Virus record (IMG/VR): IMGVR_UViG_3300014613_000049
Location: 1 to 39,457 of that record
Reading direction: 5' to 3' (one strand)
Source of the DNA: a virus
Lineage: Duplodnaviria > Caudoviricetes
Length of the DNA: 39,457 nt
The position numbers and the translations under genes were made by a program. This document shows, in pieces, positions 1-9,700 of the stretch (position 1 is its first letter; the number at the start of each line of letters is the position of its first letter). The notes beneath the pieces are model-generated. The model did no database searches and was not told the origin of the DNA. It saw only the letters and a program-made list of their open reading frames with translations.

Positions 1-164
1 CCTTCACTATTCCATTCAGGTATATTAGGATTTACATCTAACCATTGGCAAAATCTATATTCCCATTTACTTCTAGTTAATATGGGATATCGTCCTTTAT
101 ATTTTTGTGGATTTTTGGGAATATAATTTCTTATATTTTTTTTACCTTTCTTTATAAAGGACAT
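1..164 (-). CDS. T4 gp4-like head completion nuclease (5' part; runs off window)
   Basis: Not in ORF track. Manual translation MSFIKKGKKNIRNYIPKNPQKYKGRYPILTRSKWEYRFCQWLDVNPNIPEWNSE matches the gp4 pattern PKNPxKY...RSxWE..F..W.D.NP....W.SE; AAGGAG upstream. Confidence 0.8.
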   Translation of the reverse strand, partial: MSFIKKGKKNIRNYIPKNPQKYKGRYPILTRSKWEYRFCQWLDVNPNIPEWNSE

Positions 165-338
165 TTACTCCTTGTCGCCTTTCCATTCTTTTTCAATCAT
201 ATCAAAAAATTCTTTTTTTTTGTTGCCTTTCAATTCGGCAGGTGATGAAACTCCAGCCTCTTTTAATTTTTTCTTAAAGAATTTTTGGTATGCTGTTTCT
301 TCTGTGATGTATCTATCTATCTTATCTATTATACTCAT
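165..338 (-). CDS. 57-aa hypothetical protein with capsid-targeting-like leader
   Basis: Manual translation MSIIDKIDRYITEETAYQKFFKKKLKEAGVSSPAELKGNKKKEFFDMIEKEWKGDKE; AAGGAG RBS; stop abuts next ATG. Confidence 0.8.
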   Translation of the reverse strand: MSIIDKIDRYITEETAYQKFFKKKLKEAGVSSPAELKGNKKKEFFDMIEKEWKGDKE

Positions 339-350
339 TATGTTCTCCTT

Positions 351-770
351 TTATGTCATTCTATGACGAACTTTTCTACGGCCCGTGGCCGATTTGTTTT
401 GTTTTGCCATTCTTATTTTCAATTTTTTACGCTTTCGTCCTAAGGCACTTTTATTGAATACCTTTTTTTTTCTTTTTATTTTTGATTTATTTTTCCTATA
501 ATATGATTTGGATTTCCTTCTTTTATCAACCGATGATCTTGTTGCGAATTTAACCTCGGACACTTCTTCTTTTCCTGCTGTTTCCAAATCTTCTATAATA
601 CTATTAGCTTCATCTAATTGTTCGTCTGATAGAGAATCAGGATCCAATTCAATAATGAAGTTTATCATTCGTTCAAATAGATTTTCATCTATATCGAATG
701 TGTTTCCTGGAATTATTGAACTTACGGTATTTATATAGGTATCAATTAATTCATCTATTCTTTTTTTCAT
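351..770 (-). CDS. Acidic-then-basic protein, possible gp68-like prohead core protein
   Basis: 139 aa; acidic N-half, very K/R-rich C-half, candidate cleavage sites LDE/VSE at the junction; same size and charge layout as T4 gp68 (architecture only). Confidence 0.45.
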   Translation of the reverse strand: MKKRIDELIDTYINTVSSIIPGNTFDIDENLFERMINFIIELDPDSLSDEQLDEANSIIEDLETAGKEEVSEVKFATRSSVDKRRKSKSYYRKNKSKIKRKKKVFNKSALGRKRKKLKIRMAKQNKSATGRRKVRHRMT

Positions 771-799
771 ATTGTACTCCTATGTTATTATTTTAATCT

Positions 800-1468
800 T
801 CACCCAATTTTATCTGCAACTCTAAGTCTAACAGCTTCCTTAGCATCCATAAAAATATCTAAATTATCTTTTATCATTAAATCTAATTTTTCTTTAGGAA
901 TACTAGTATATTTTATTAACATATTAATAAAAATATTTTTTATCATATCCATCAATGGATCATCAATAGGTGGTGAGGGCGGTATAAATGAATTAGGTGG
1001 AGGAGTAATAATTTGAGGACCATGGACCATAAAAATAGTATTTTCTCCGGCTATTCTCTCATCTCCACATATAAAAATATAAAAGCCTCCGGATAGTAAA
1101 CAACCTCTACCAATGGTAATAATTTTTACCCCTTGTTTTTTTAAATCTTCTAATCCGTCAATTATGGCTATAGATTCCGTAACGGAACCTCCAGGACTAT
1201 TTATAGTAACTATAATTTTATTTATAACTAACCTTCTTTTGGAAGTACTGTTACGTCTTTTTATCAAATCTATGGTTGATAGAGTATGTAAAGCTAAAGG
1301 AGGTTCAATAGAACCATAAATATAAATATAAGAGGTATTGGAGTCTTCATAAATAGTTCTACTAATATCAGCTTTATTACTTTTAATAATAGAAGGATGA
1401 TTAAAAGCAAATATCATAACTATAATAATAAGTATACTAGCTATTATTCCATAATCTAATTTTCTCAT
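800..1468 (-). CDS. ClpP-family (S14) serine protease with N-terminal transmembrane segment
   Basis: INSPGGSV, catalytic-Ser region LLSGG, FMVH, D.FM.A.EA....AD.I; hydrophobic residues about 7-22. Confidence 0.85.
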   Translation of the reverse strand: MRKLDYGIIASILIIIVMIFAFNHPSIIKSNKADISRTIYEDSNTSYIYIYGSIEPPLALHTLSTIDLIKRRNSTSKRRLVINKIIVTINSPGGSVTESIAIIDGLEDLKKQGVKIITIGRGCLLSGGFYIFICGDERIAGENTIFMVHGPQIITPPPNSFIPPSPPIDDPLMDMIKNIFINMLIKYTSIPKEKLDLMIKDNLDIFMDAKEAVRLRVADKIG

Positions 1469-1497
1469 TTAATTTTCTCCTTAATTTGGATTATTTT

Positions 1498-1698
1498 TTA
1501 TATTAATCCACCTTCTTCCAATTTAATAATTATATTTCTTATTTCTTTATCTAAATGGGATAGAAATATTTTTTTATCCTTTTTTCCCTTTATTTCTTTA
1601 TATTCTAATAGTACTTCATCAAATTCTATTTTTTTAGAATAAATACTTGTATGGTGTCTTGATTCCTTTATATAGTTTTCCAATTTATCTAAAACCAT
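1498..1698 (-). CDS. Hypothetical protein, leader KLENYIKE
   Basis: TAATG overlap with upstream gene; AAAGGA RBS. Confidence 0.7.
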   Translation of the reverse strand: MVLDKLENYIKESRHHTSIYSKKIEFDEVLLEYKEIKGKKDKKIFLSHLDKEIRNIIIKLEEGGLI

Positions 1699-2228
1699 TA
1701 TATTCCTTTTATTGAGAATGGATTTTTTTTACCGCCTTCTTTTTCAAATTCTTCTGGATTTTCTTTCTTCCATTTATCCCATGACCTTACAAATTTACCA
1801 CTAACTAATGCTGCCCAAAGTAAAGCATAAATTATAACGGTTTTCATATCAAATCCACTACCTCGGATAAGTTTATCTATCTGTAACCATACTTGTAATC
1901 CTGGCCAAAAGGAAAGAATAGGAAATCCTTCCATTTTTACCATTTCCCAGAAATGTTTGAAATCTTCATTCATATCGGATTCCATTATTTTCATTTTACC
2001 GACTTTTTCTAAGGATTTATAATTGGTACCATAACTTTTATTTATAAGTTTTAATACATTGGATTCTAAACTGGTACCTTTTTTTTTATCATGGTCGGTA
2101 ATAGTTTTAGAAAATTCCATCCAAGAATCCTTAAAAATTTTCTCTACGGCACTATATGATTTATTTTTGAGTGATTTTAGTGTTTTAATAACTATATTTT
2201 CCTCATTTAGAAAATTGTTTAAACGCAT
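1698..2228 (-). CDS. Hypothetical protein with leader MRLNNFLNE and C-terminal hydrophobic helices
   Basis: AGGAG RBS; TVIIYALLWAALVS segment. Confidence 0.75.
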   Translation of the reverse strand: MRLNNFLNEENIVIKTLKSLKNKSYSAVEKIFKDSWMEFSKTITDHDKKKGTSLESNVLKLINKSYGTNYKSLEKVGKMKIMESDMNEDFKHFWEMVKMEGFPILSFWPGLQVWLQIDKLIRGSGFDMKTVIIYALLWAALVSGKFVRSWDKWKKENPEEFEKEGGKKNPFSIKGI

Positions 2229-2254
2229 AAAAATTTCTCCTATATTATTATTTC

Positions 2255-2283
2255 TATTTATATTTATAGAATATTTATAAATA
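2255..2283. promoter_or_regulatory. Divergent T4-type late promoters (TATAAATA)
   Basis: TATAAATA on + at 2276-2283; on - at 2272-2279, 2261-2268 and 2255-2262; lies between divergent gene blocks. Confidence 0.7.
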
Positions 2284-2326
2284 ATGATAAGAATATAAGA
2301 TAAATATTGGATGGAAAGGAATAAAT

Positions 2327-2998
2327 ATGAGATTAAAAAGATTTGTTAATGAATTATCAAGTAAGTATGGTGCCGGAATAACATTTTTGGATGTGGATGA
2401 AACTATTTACCGAACCTTTGCCATGGTGTATATACTTAAACATGGCCAAATTATAAAAAAATTAAATAACCAAGAATTTAATACATATGAATTACAACCT
2501 GATGAGAGTTTTGATTATCGGGAATATAGAAGTGCAGAATTATTTAATAAAACATCAATACCTATACTAAAAACTATTAACCGTATTAAGCGAATGTTTA
2601 AAAATATAGACCAAAGGAATTCAAAGATGGTTTTCCTTACTGCTCGATCTGATTTTGATTCTAAAGAAACTTTCCTCCAAACATTTAGGGATCATGGTAT
2701 TCCAATTGATAATATATATGTTGAACGTGCCGGTAACTTAAAAACTGGTACTACCGCCTAACGTAAAGAACAAATCATATTAAAATATCTTAAAACTGGT
2801 TTATACCGTCGAGTCCGTTTATTAGATGATGATATAACTAATATTAAAACATTCATAAAAATGGAAAATAAATTACCATTAGATATTATAAATAAGGTTA
2901 AGAAAATTCATAATATAACGGATAATGAATCAATTCCGCCTATAGAATTTTTTGGACTTTTGGTAAAATCAGATGGATCATTACAAAGGATAAAATAA
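2327..2998 (+). pseudogene. HAD-superfamily phosphatase with one in-frame TAA at 2759-2761
   Basis: Motif I DVDET, motif II LTAR; the frame continues after the stop with RKEQ (motif III K) and LLDDD (motif IV) to TAA at 2998, followed by the next RBS. Confidence 0.75.
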
Positions 2999-3007
2999 AG
3001 AGGAGTT

Positions 3008-3427
3008 ATGATGATTAATTCAATGGCAAACAGAATATCAGAAAGTAGAATTTGGCAAATGTTAATAACAATTTTTTCTATGGTTGTTATTGTTGTTAGT
3101 GCTTCATATGCTTTAAGTATTAGAATTGGCAATTTAGAGAGTAGGATAGCTGTAAGTGAAAATTTAATTATAAATGTTAGGGAATTTGGGGCAAAGGAAA
3201 ATATATATATAGAAAAAGAAAGAAATGATTTAAAAGAAAGGATAAGAAATTTAGAAACATGGGCAGATAATGCGCCTCCACAATGGTTTAAGGAAGGTTT
3301 AAGTGAGTTTAAAATAGATATTAAAACACGGGTAATACAGTTAATAAAAGAGATGGCCGAGCTTAAATTGGAGATTATAAAATTAAAATTATATAATGAA
3401 AAGATAATCCTCAAGGAGAATGATTGA
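3008..3427 (+). CDS. Single-TM coiled-coil membrane protein
   Basis: GAGGAG RBS; hydrophobic residues about 17-37 followed by heptad-rich region. Confidence 0.7.
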   Translation: MMINSMANRISESRIWQMLITIFSMVVIVVSASYALSIRIGNLESRIAVSENLIINVREFGAKENIYIEKERNDLKERIRNLETWADNAPPQWFKEGLSEFKIDIKTRVIQLIKEMAELKLEIIKLKLYNEKIILKEND

Positions 3428-3428
3428 T

Positions 3429-3632
3429 ATGAGTAAAGATATCATAAATAAGATAAATATATTAATAGGTGAAGAAGGAACGGTTACGGCCGATGTAGAA
3501 CAAAATTTGGCTAAAGGCCATGTGGATGTAATAGGTGGTGAATGTCCTAAGGGATATGTTTATGATAAAAAGAAAAAGGTTTGTGTATTAGAAAAGGATG
3601 AAAAGAAACCATCTAATAAAAAAGAAATGTAA
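3429..3632 (+). CDS. Small hypothetical protein (leader DIINKINILIGE; CPKGY...C motif)
   Basis: AGGAG at 3414-3418 favours ATG 3429 over 3420. Confidence 0.7.
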   Translation: MSKDIINKINILIGEEGTVTADVEQNLAKGHVDVIGGECPKGYVYDKKKKVCVLEKDEKKPSNKKEM

Positions 3633-3658
3633 ATTTTAGTATGGTAATGGAGAAATAA

Positions 3659-5011
3659 ATGAGATTTAAAAAATATATGATAAATGAGGCCTCATTCAGA
3701 AATAGTGACCTTGAAAAGGCAGTAAAATTATTAACCAATGTCCTTGGAAGATCAGTTGGTAGCCAATTTTATCCTTTTGGCGGCCATAATAATAATACTG
3801 AAAGATTTAAGAAAGGTAATGGTAAATCTGGTATAGGAATGAAATATGTCCTTGAAACAGGTAAAATGGTGAGATTTAACCTTGAAAAAGGTGGTAAATC
3901 TTCCTTAATTACTTCTGTAGATATTTGGGATGATATGAAAACTCCAGAGAAACCTACGGCCAATTTACCAATACTTAAAGGAATTAATATCCTAGAAGTG
4001 GTTAAGATTGTTTCAAAATTTATCAAAACTTCTTATGTTGGTATTATATCAGAAGCCAGTTACGGACCAACAAAAATAGCATTGGCTAAAGAATTTGGTG
4101 TTGATATTAATTTATCTCAAGCCGAATTTAGAAAGGCTGTAACCTTAGCTAAAAAAGAATTGAAGTCAATTAAAGGTGTAAAGGAAGTTTCAACTCACAC
4201 AACTGAAATAAAAGTGGCCGAAGAAAAATTAAAGAAAAAAGTGGTTGCCGATCCTGATATTCTTTTTGCCGATTTAGATGACCTTGTGTCTTTGGTTGCT
4301 AGTGGTATTCAACCATCATTATTGGTTACCGGGTTATCTGGAGTTGGAAAAACCTACACTGTAACTAAAAAGGTTCAGGAGATTATGGGAGCCGAAGGCG
4401 GTAAATGGAAATTAATAAAAGGTAAAGCCAGTCCATTAGGATTATATTCCGAATTATTTTTAAATAGAAATAAATTGATTGTATTTGATGATATAGATTC
4501 CATTTTTAAAAATACTGATACAGTTCTTATGTTAAAGGCTGCCTTGGACTCTTATGATAAGAGAACAATTTCATGGATTTCACCAATGACAAGAGATGTT
4601 TCACAAATGTCAAATAAGGATATAGAAAAATTATATATAGATATAGAAGAACAATTGGCGGACCCCTCAGCAAAGAAACCACCTAAATTCCCCAGTGCTT
4701 TTGAATTCACAGGCAGAATAATATTTATAACTAACTTAAATGAATCAAAAATTGACTCGGCATTGAAGTCTCGTTCCTTTGTTATTGATATTACATTAGA
4801 ATCTAAAGATATTTTTAAGAGGATGGAATCAATTTTAGGTGAAATTGGTGGTAATATTTTACCTATGAATGAAAAGAAAGAAGTATTGGATTATTTGAAA
4901 GAAATGAAAAAGAGTGGTAAAGAAACAAATATGAGGACGTTATTGAATGGGTTTAAAGTTAAATCTGCTGGTTTGGCTAGATGGAAGCATTTAGCAGCAA
5001 ACTATGGATAA
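3659..5011 (+). CDS. AAA-type P-loop ATPase with uncharacterised N-terminal domain
   Basis: Walker A GLSGVGKT, Walker B IVFDD, IIFITN sensor, SRS arginine finger; leader MRFKKYMINE. Confidence 0.85.
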   Translation: MRFKKYMINEASFRNSDLEKAVKLLTNVLGRSVGSQFYPFGGHNNNTERFKKGNGKSGIGMKYVLETGKMVRFNLEKGGKSSLITSVDIWDDMKTPEKPTANLPILKGINILEVVKIVSKFIKTSYVGIISEASYGPTKIALAKEFGVDINLSQAEFRKAVTLAKKELKSIKGVKEVSTHTTEIKVAEEKLKKKVVADPDILFADLDDLVSLVASGIQPSLLVTGLSGVGKTYTVTKKVQEIMGAEGGKWKLIKGKASPLGLYSELFLNRNKLIVFDDIDSIFKNTDTVLMLKAALDSYDKRTISWISPMTRDVSQMSNKDIEKLYIDIEEQLADPSAKKPPKFPSAFEFTGRIIFITNLNESKIDSALKSRSFVIDITLESKDIFKRMESILGEIGGNILPMNEKKEVLDYLKEMKKSGKETNMRTLLNGFKVKSAGLARWKHLAANYG

Positions 5012-5020
5012 AGGAAAATA

Positions 5021-5566
5021 ATGAGGTTTAAGAATTATCTAAATGAATTAGAATTACCATATAAGAAATGGACCGTTGCCAATATACAGAAGTTGGATAA
5101 ATCCATGTCGGCTAAACTTTGGTTTATGTATAATAAAGTTTATAGGAGTGAAGGTTTCCGAGAATTAGGTTCCACAGATTTCCATCAATTCCTTACAAAA
5201 CATAAACTCTTATGGCTTATAAATATGGATGCTGATCCAGAACCAGATGCTTTTATATCTTATAGAAAAGAAAAATATGGAAATAAAGTGGTCCTTTTGG
5301 CATCTGATGGTCAAATAGAATCAAAAAGTGTATTGGTAAAACAGTTACTAATGCTAATGAAAACAAAAGGTTGGTTCATGGAAGCATCACATAAAATTGC
5401 AAAAATTCTTATGAAAAATAATACGCCATATCTTGATGACGAGGAAAAGGTTAAAAAAATATTGTATCCTGATATAGTGTGGTTAGGTGATGGTGAGTAT
5501 GAGAGATATTTATTAGGTACTAATATGCTAATGAGGGAAAGATTATTTGGAAAACCTAATATATAA
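5021..5566 (+). CDS. Hypothetical protein, leader MRFKNYLNE
   Basis: AAGGA RBS; tight operon spacing. Confidence 0.75.
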   Translation: MRFKNYLNELELPYKKWTVANIQKLDKSMSAKLWFMYNKVYRSEGFRELGSTDFHQFLTKHKLLWLINMDADPEPDAFISYRKEKYGNKVVLLASDGQIESKSVLVKQLLMLMKTKGWFMEASHKIAKILMKNNTPYLDDEEKVKKILYPDIVWLGDGEYERYLLGTNMLMRERLFGKPNI

Positions 5567-5580
5567 AAGGAGGAGTAATA

Positions 5581-5826
5581 ATGAATATAATTGATAAGAT
5601 TGATGAAAAATTGGATGAAGGAAGATATGAAAATTTATATGGTACCGACGAATTTTCTGAACTATTAAAAAAGCTCAATAAATATAAAGTAGAAATATCT
5701 AAACTGAAAGAAAAGATGGAAACCGAGGAAGAAAGAGAAGTTAAAAAAATAGCATCTATTCAAGATGTGGATTATGATATTGTATATGATTCTTGGAGAA
5801 AATTTAAAAATAAAAAGAAGTACTAG
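5581..5826 (+). CDS. Hypothetical coiled-coil protein, leader MNIIDKIDEKLDE
   Basis: AGGAGG RBS. Confidence 0.75.
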   Translation: MNIIDKIDEKLDEGRYENLYGTDEFSELLKKLNKYKVEISKLKEKMETEEEREVKKIASIQDVDYDIVYDSWRKFKNKKKY

Positions 5827-5906
5827 ATTGTTTTAGAGGATACATAAAATGAATTACCTGATGGTATTGATAGTATAATTGGTGTAAGATTTATATTGAG
5901 TAAATA

Positions 5907-5987
5907 AGGAGGACAGGGTTTGGCCACCTTGATTGGATGCCTTTATCATCCAATCTAACTCCTAAATAAAAACCTATAAAGGAGGTT
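5907..5987 (+). promoter_or_regulatory. Structured RNA leader covering the RBS of the HNH gene
   Basis: Stems AGGAG/CTCCT, AGGGT/ACCTT, GATTGGATG/CATCCAATC and AACCT/AGGTT; loops CCTTTAT and ATAAAGG are complementary. Confidence 0.6.
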
Positions 5988-5992
5988 AAATT

Positions 5993-6986
5993 ATGATAGT
6001 TGATATATGGGGAATAAAAACCAAAAGGAAAAAAGGTAAAAGAAAAAAATTATATTGTTTCAAAGCCGATAGAAGTGAGGTATTGAAAAAGAAACTGAAA
6101 GGTTATAAAGTTAGGTATATATGTGATAATATTTTATGTTTATATCCTAAGAAAATCAATATAACCATGTCTTCATCATTATTTGGAGACAATAAATGGA
6201 AAACCATTGATAGGCAGTTATGTAGAAGTTGTGTTTCGCACATAGCACAAAAAAATGGAATGATTCCATTTGAAGATATTGTAAAATCCTTTGAAGAGGA
6301 AGGTTACCAGGTATTAACAAAAAAAGAGAAATATGAAAACTCCATGAAAAGGCAGAAGCTCAAAATAGATTTTATCTGTGAATACGGGCATAGGAGTTCA
6401 ATGAATTGGAATAATTGGAGTAATGGTAAGAGATGCGGAAAATGTGTTAAACCTGAGGATATAAAGAATGATAAAATGATGTGTAAAGAATGCCATGAAC
6501 AAAAAAAATATGGCAGAATTTTATAAGGATTCCAAAAAGAAGAATGGTTATAGTATTAGGTGCAAAGAGTGTGAAGAAAATTTAGGTATATCAGAACAAA
6601 GAAGAGAAGGTCATAGAAGGAGAGCATTAAGGTATAATAAAACTGAAAAAGGTATAAAATTTAATAAAAGGTATAAATTAAATAGAGTTTTATCAAATGG
6701 AATCAGAGGTTCTATAAAAAGTGGCAAAGGCGGAATGCATTGGGAAAATATAGTTGGATGGACACTTGAAAGTTTTAAAAAACATATGGAGATCTTATTT
6801 AAACCAGACATGACATGGGAAAATCATGGGAAATGGCATATAGACCACATAAGACCTATATCAAGTTTTAATATAGTAGATTATAATTGTAGTGATTTTA
6901 AGGAGTGTTGGTCTTTAAGTAATTTACAACCTTTATGGGCAAGAGAAAATATAATAAAAGGAAATAAATGGAATGGATATAATTAA
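5993..6986 (+). pseudogene. HNH homing endonuclease with zinc-ribbon domains, frameshifted at the A8 run (6501-6508)
   Basis: Removing one A joins ORFs 5993-6526 and 6495-6986 into CKECHEQKNMAEF...G...RCKEC; C-terminal MTWENHG.WHIDHIRP...NLQPLWA.EN..KGNK. Confidence 0.75.
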
Positions 6987-8379
6987 TAAAATAAAACAAT
7001 ATGAAATGGAAGTTAATAGGATAGACGAAACTGGTTTAAGGAACATGAGGGACCTTGGTAAGGAATATAAAGAGGCCGAAATTTATTTCCACATCGACAC
7101 GGACGGCGTAACCTCGGCATTAGGAATGAAGACTTACCTAAAAAACTTTGGAATAAAAACCGTGGACGCGCATCCTATCCAATACGGCGGAGCTGAATAT
7201 GGAATACCTAAGCCAAAAAATAAGGTCCTTGCAGTTTTAGTGGATTTTAGTCATGGAAAAGTTGTTATGAATATCCATACCGATCACCATACAGGTCAAA
7301 TAGGTGTAGAAAAAGGAACATCCACTTCTTTTGTCAAAACGCCATCAAATGCGGCATATATTTCTCAGGTTCTTTCACCAAGTGATTTATTCCCACCTAA
7401 AGATGCGAAGATAATTAGTACCGTAGATTCCGCGGATTTTGCCTCCCAAGGATTAACACCTGATGATATAATGAGGGCAGCGTTTAGCCTTGATAAGAAA
7501 AAATCAGTTGAGAAAAATCACCAAATGATGGGATTTGTTGTGAACCGTTTACTCCTTAGCTATAAAAATATGCCTGGATTCCTTGTAAATTTGGTTATGA
7601 AGGCTAACCCATCTCTTATATCAATGTATAACATAATCAAAAAATTGGCTAAAGATTCTGGTTATAAAGCACCTGAAGATATTGCGGCCGGTATAGAAGA
7701 TTATGTGGAACAACAATCTAAAAAAAGAATTGAAGGTAGTTTATCTGATGTTACTAAATTGAAAAACGGTCAATATATTATGATAGGTACAACACTAGTT
7801 CAATATGGTGGCGGTTCAATGAGGCAAGGTTATGATAGATATACCCCATTTAAGAACAATCCGGAGGCCGACTTTATGACAATAGTATGGCCGATGGGTT
7901 TGATTCAATTGAGCAAAAATCCTTTTAAAAGTGGTAAAAATCCATATCATTTAGGTGATCTTGTAATGAAAAAAGTTATGCCGAAATTCAAAAATAAACT
8001 ATCTAAGAAAATATCTTTGGATACTATAAAATATATGTTTGAGAGGGACATAAAAAAAGAAGATACCAAAGCAATGGGATTTACTTTCAAGGATATAGTG
8101 GCCCTATTTGAAAAACAAATAAAATCTTTAAAAGGTAATTTCCGTGAAATTATATCCGATATATCCACAAAACCATATAAATATTTATCTGGAAAACAAA
8201 AGGCTCTATTGAAGAAAATAGAAATACCTTTATGGGATGTTATTATGGCCCAATCTGGCGGTCATCCTGATATTACCAATATTAGTGGATTGAATTTTTA
8301 CGGTAAGGGATTTACTGGAATCATGCAGGAGATTCAAAAGGAAATAGCCAAGGTAATGAAGGACAAGGAATTAGAATAA
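6973..8379 (+). CDS. DHH-family phosphoesterase
   Basis: H.DTDG, LVDF, TDHH and C-terminal GGH motifs. Confidence 0.8.
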   Translation: MDIINKIKQYEMEVNRIDETGLRNMRDLGKEYKEAEIYFHIDTDGVTSALGMKTYLKNFGIKTVDAHPIQYGGAEYGIPKPKNKVLAVLVDFSHGKVVMNIHTDHHTGQIGVEKGTSTSFVKTPSNAAYISQVLSPSDLFPPKDAKIISTVDSADFASQGLTPDDIMRAAFSLDKKKSVEKNHQMMGFVVNRLLLSYKNMPGFLVNLVMKANPSLISMYNIIKKLAKDSGYKAPEDIAAGIEDYVEQQSKKRIEGSLSDVTKLKNGQYIMIGTTLVQYGGGSMRQGYDRYTPFKNNPEADFMTIVWPMGLIQLSKNPFKSGKNPYHLGDLVMKKVMPKFKNKLSKKISLDTIKYMFERDIKKEDTKAMGFTFKDIVALFEKQIKSLKGNFREIISDISTKPYKYLSGKQKALLKKIEIPLWDVIMAQSGGHPDITNISGLNFYGKGFTGIMQEIQKEIAKVMKDKELE

Positions 8380-8465
8380 GGAAAAACATAATGGTAAAAA
8401 TTACAAGGATAATTAAGTAAATATAGTTTGGAAGATTAAATATAAGTATTTAAGGAGAATTACAA

Positions 8466-8786
8466 ATGGATATAATAGAAAAAATAGAAAAAATAATAGA
8501 GGTAGAAAAATCTGATAATTTAAAATTAAGAAAAGAAACTTCTAGTTATAATGAGAAAAAGATAGAAGCGGATTTTAAAAAATATTGTAACAAATACGGT
8601 CTTACTATAGATATGTTAGGTAAGCAATTTGCGCTTAATGATAATTATTATAAGATTATAGGTTTAAATGTTAAAAATAAACAACATCCTATTCTTTGTA
8701 GTAGATCATGGGATGGTAAAATATATAAATTCTCACCTGAAGTAATAAAGATGAAGGTAAAGCTAGAAAGTTACTATGGGAAATAA
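8466..8786 (+). CDS. Hypothetical protein, leader MDIIEKIEKIIE
   Basis: AAGGAG RBS. Confidence 0.7.
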   Translation: MDIIEKIEKIIEVEKSDNLKLRKETSSYNEKKIEADFKKYCNKYGLTIDMLGKQFALNDNYYKIIGLNVKNKQHPILCSRSWDGKIYKFSPEVIKMKVKLESYYGK

Positions 8787-8787
8787 T

Positions 8788-9174
8788 ATGAAGTTAAAAA
8801 AATACCTTACTGAAAATATATTACCTGATATGTTTTATAATTTAGACCATATAAAAGATGAGGTTAAATTTTTAAAGGACTGTATATCGAAGTCTTATAA
8901 GGTCAAGGCGGACGAACTAGATTGTAATGTTAGTTGGGCTAGAAAACCAACAAAATTATCTGTAAAGGATATACTCAAAATATCTGCTAATAAGGATAAT
9001 TTTTCACATTATACTTTTATAGTAAGGAGAATTGTTTTTGGTAAAGAAAAACCATATATAGAAGCTGGTATAAGAACAGGTATACCAGGTTCTGTAGATT
9101 ATTTTCTTTGGATTTATATTAAATTAGAGAAGTTGGATTATTTTATTAAGAAATATAAATTAGAGAGGTTATAA
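8788..9174 (+). CDS. Hypothetical protein, leader MKLKKYLTE
   Basis: ATG 8788 lies one base after the upstream stop and is preferred to 8776. Confidence 0.7.
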   Translation: MKLKKYLTENILPDMFYNLDHIKDEVKFLKDCISKSYKVKADELDCNVSWARKPTKLSVKDILKISANKDNFSHYTFIVRRIVFGKEKPYIEAGIRTGIPGSVDYFLWIYIKLEKLDYFIKKYKLERL

Positions 9175-9455
9175 TGAGTAAATTAGAACAATATATAACA
9201 GAAGAAAGGAATATTAAGTCGGAAGAGGCTAAAATTATAAAGTTGGCTAAAAAGTTTGTGATTGAAAAAGATGAATTACAAAGTAAAGTGGAAGATAATA
9301 TTGTAAAAATAATGAAAAGTGTTAGTGGATCATTGGATGCCGATAAATTTGAGGAATTTGCTAATAATATATGGTCAAAAGTGGAAAAAATAGATGGTGA
9401 TTTGATTTTGGGTGATGTGAGTTTTATCTTCCCCAAAAAAAGGAATAAAAAATGA
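9174..9455 (+). CDS. Hypothetical protein, leader MSKLEQYITE
   Basis: GAGG RBS; TAATG overlap. Confidence 0.7.
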   Translation: MSKLEQYITEERNIKSEEAKIIKLAKKFVIEKDELQSKVEDNIVKIMKSVSGSLDADKFEEFANNIWSKVEKIDGDLILGDVSFIFPKKRNKK

Positions 9456-9492
9456 AATTCTATGAAAAATTGATGGCAGGTAAAGAATTATT

Positions 9493-9500
9493 TATAAATA
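9493..9500 (+). promoter_or_regulatory. T4-type late promoter
   Basis: TATAAATA 20 nt upstream of ATG 9521. Confidence 0.55.
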
Positions 9501-9520
9501 TATTTTAAAGGGAAAGTTAA

Positions 9521-9700
9521 ATGACATTAAGTACAAGTGATAAAAATTACGGCCCTCCAACTGAATTTGATGTTCCAAAGGCTTTAATTAATAAAATTAA
9601 TTGGCAAGTAAAAAAACTTAAACCTAAATTAATAAGAAAGGACATTGTTGATAGAATAAAAGGGTTTTTGAAGGAGTTGGAAAAATATGAAGTTTTATGA
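9521..9700 (+). CDS. 59-aa hypothetical protein
   Basis: Not in track; MTLSTSDKNYGPPTEFDVPK...DIVDRIKGFLKELEKYEVL; AAGGGA RBS; overlaps next start. Confidence 0.6.
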   Translation: MTLSTSDKNYGPPTEFDVPKALINKINWQVKKLKPKLIRKDIVDRIKGFLKELEKYEVL

